A DNA stretch of 64,000 bases, taken from assembly GCA_038087875.1 (NCBI GenBank), contig CM075991.1, forward strand, positions 3,038,001 through 3,102,000, written 5' to 3'. Of this stretch, positions 62,882 to 64,000 are shown piece after piece. The notes beneath the pieces were generated by a model. That model saw only the letters and a program-made list of their open reading frames with translations. It did no database searches and had not been told where the DNA came from. Within the stretch, counting starts at the first letter, position 1. Each line of letters begins with the position of its first letter. The position numbers and the translations under genes are program-made. The stretch is from Malacoraja senta. Taxonomy: Eukaryota.

Positions 62882-63743
62882 AGAATTTACTTTACGCCTT
62901 ATGAGTCAAGGACTAACAGGACCACCAGATCTAAAAGGACCTTTAGAGTTCTTTTAAGAGCTTTAAGGACATTCGAAAACCGAAATGGACGGAGGACATT
63001 GGAGAAGACCTTTGTATTTTTTAATTTTTTTTATTTTATTAATTGTACTAATCATTGTTATTATCTGTATATTCATACCTAACTACAACTAATACTTATT
63101 TAATATCCACATTACTACTAAAATTATTAACATCAACATTTCTCATAAAAATTTAATACTGTATATGATTGATAACAATGATTAATAACTAATAGATTTA
63201 GCGAAGAAAATAATATAATATGCAGAGAATAATAACGTTGTGAATTTTTGATATTCTTGAATTTTTCTGCAGGGATACGTGCTTATGTATGTATGCACAT
63301 GGATATATATACATATATATATGTGTGTATGGTGTGTGTGTGTATGTATGGGTATGTATATAAGTTTGTTACTCCCAAAGAAGTTATTTGAATGTTAGAA
63401 ATAATCTTTCTTTTTCTTCGGGCACGGAGCTGGGAATTTTTTTTTCTTACAAAGGCTACGGAAGTCTTTAGAATTCTAGCCACGTTAGTGTGGCTATCAC
63501 TAACTACACTAATTGTAGATGTAGTTCTTTTTCTTTCACCCTTTACTAATCAATTCTATCACTTTTTTCACTTTAAATATTTTTATAACTCAACGTTTGA
63601 ATGGAAAAACAAGTCTAATACAAGGAGATGTGTTCGGAAGAACGATGTATATGATTTTAAATTCATCTATCTGAAGTTCGGTAGCAGGGTCAGGTTCTAT
63701 GTGTTGTACGTTCTGCTCGGCTATAGACCACCTTAGAAACAAT

Positions 63744-64000
63744 ATGCAAGATGTTAATATGATAAGAGGGGGTCAAGGAATAACATTTTGTAGTTGGAAT
63801 GTCAAGGGAATCAATGAACCAATTAAGAGAGGTAAAGTTTTGGCACATCTAAACCTAATCAAAACAGATATAATATTTCTCCAAGAAACGCACCTTAAAA
63901 CGGAATCTCAACATAGACTTAAAGCTAAGTGGATCGCTGAATCATATCATTCCTCTTTTTCCCATAAATCCAGAGGAGTTGCAATATTAATTCGTAAAGG
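63744..64000 (+). CDS. L1 ORF2p N-terminus (APE endonuclease), truncated by the window edge
   Basis: Translates as MQDVNMIRGGQGITFCSWNVKGINEPIKRGKV...DIIFLQETHL...SRGVAILIRK. Confidence 0.9.
   Translation, partial: MQDVNMIRGGQGITFCSWNVKGINEPIKRGKVLAHLNLIKTDIIFLQETHLKTESQHRLKAKWIAESYHSSFSHKSRGVAILIRK

Larger units (their letters stand above)
61676..64000 (+). mobile_element. L1-clade LINE with intact 5' end, continuing beyond the window
   Basis: GC-rich 5' UTR starting gacttccggtggcg, ORF1, AT-rich inter-ORF spacer, and the start of ORF2. Confidence 0.93.

Noticed and set aside
16476..64000. RNF122 exons 3-6 (RING-H2 domain)
   Set aside because: A visual scan of the unique segments found no KLR.QAQSE or CAVCLEDF-like exon. 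A short exon could have been missed, or could lie in the gap or beyond the window.

Overview
Repeat-rich vertebrate genomic DNA. The transposon repertoire suggests a cartilaginous fish, probably a skate or ray (inference). Three host genes are supported, all on the + strand: (1) the last two coding exons of a gamma-glutamyl hydrolase (GGH)-family gene (342-479, 1657-1772); (2) the first two coding exons of RNF122 (8079-8103, 16319-16475) behind a CpG-rich promoter region; (3) an intact single-exon ITPRIPL1-like gene (45364-46977, 537 aa, Mab-21/cGAS-like fold, probably catalytically dead). No later RNF122 exon was found, so the ITPRIPL1-like exon appears to be nested on the same strand in RNF122 intron 2. 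Its splice acceptor is in frame with the RNF122 exon-2 donor, so a 598-aa chimera is possible. A 200-N gap at 28931-29130 is a caveat. The rest is mobile DNA: young and old Penelope-like elements (RT + GIY-YIG) whose terminal repeats carry a minimal hammerhead-ribozyme motif, many short palindromic Penelope-terminus insertions with target-site duplications (TSDs), CR1, L1 and Tx1 LINEs, tRNA-derived SINEs, two non-autonomous Helitrons (one carrying 22-, 45- and 27-bp minisatellites), Harbinger-, pogo- and Academ-like DNA elements, and a complex 4.5-kb duplication next to the gap that preserves both filled and empty insertion sites.
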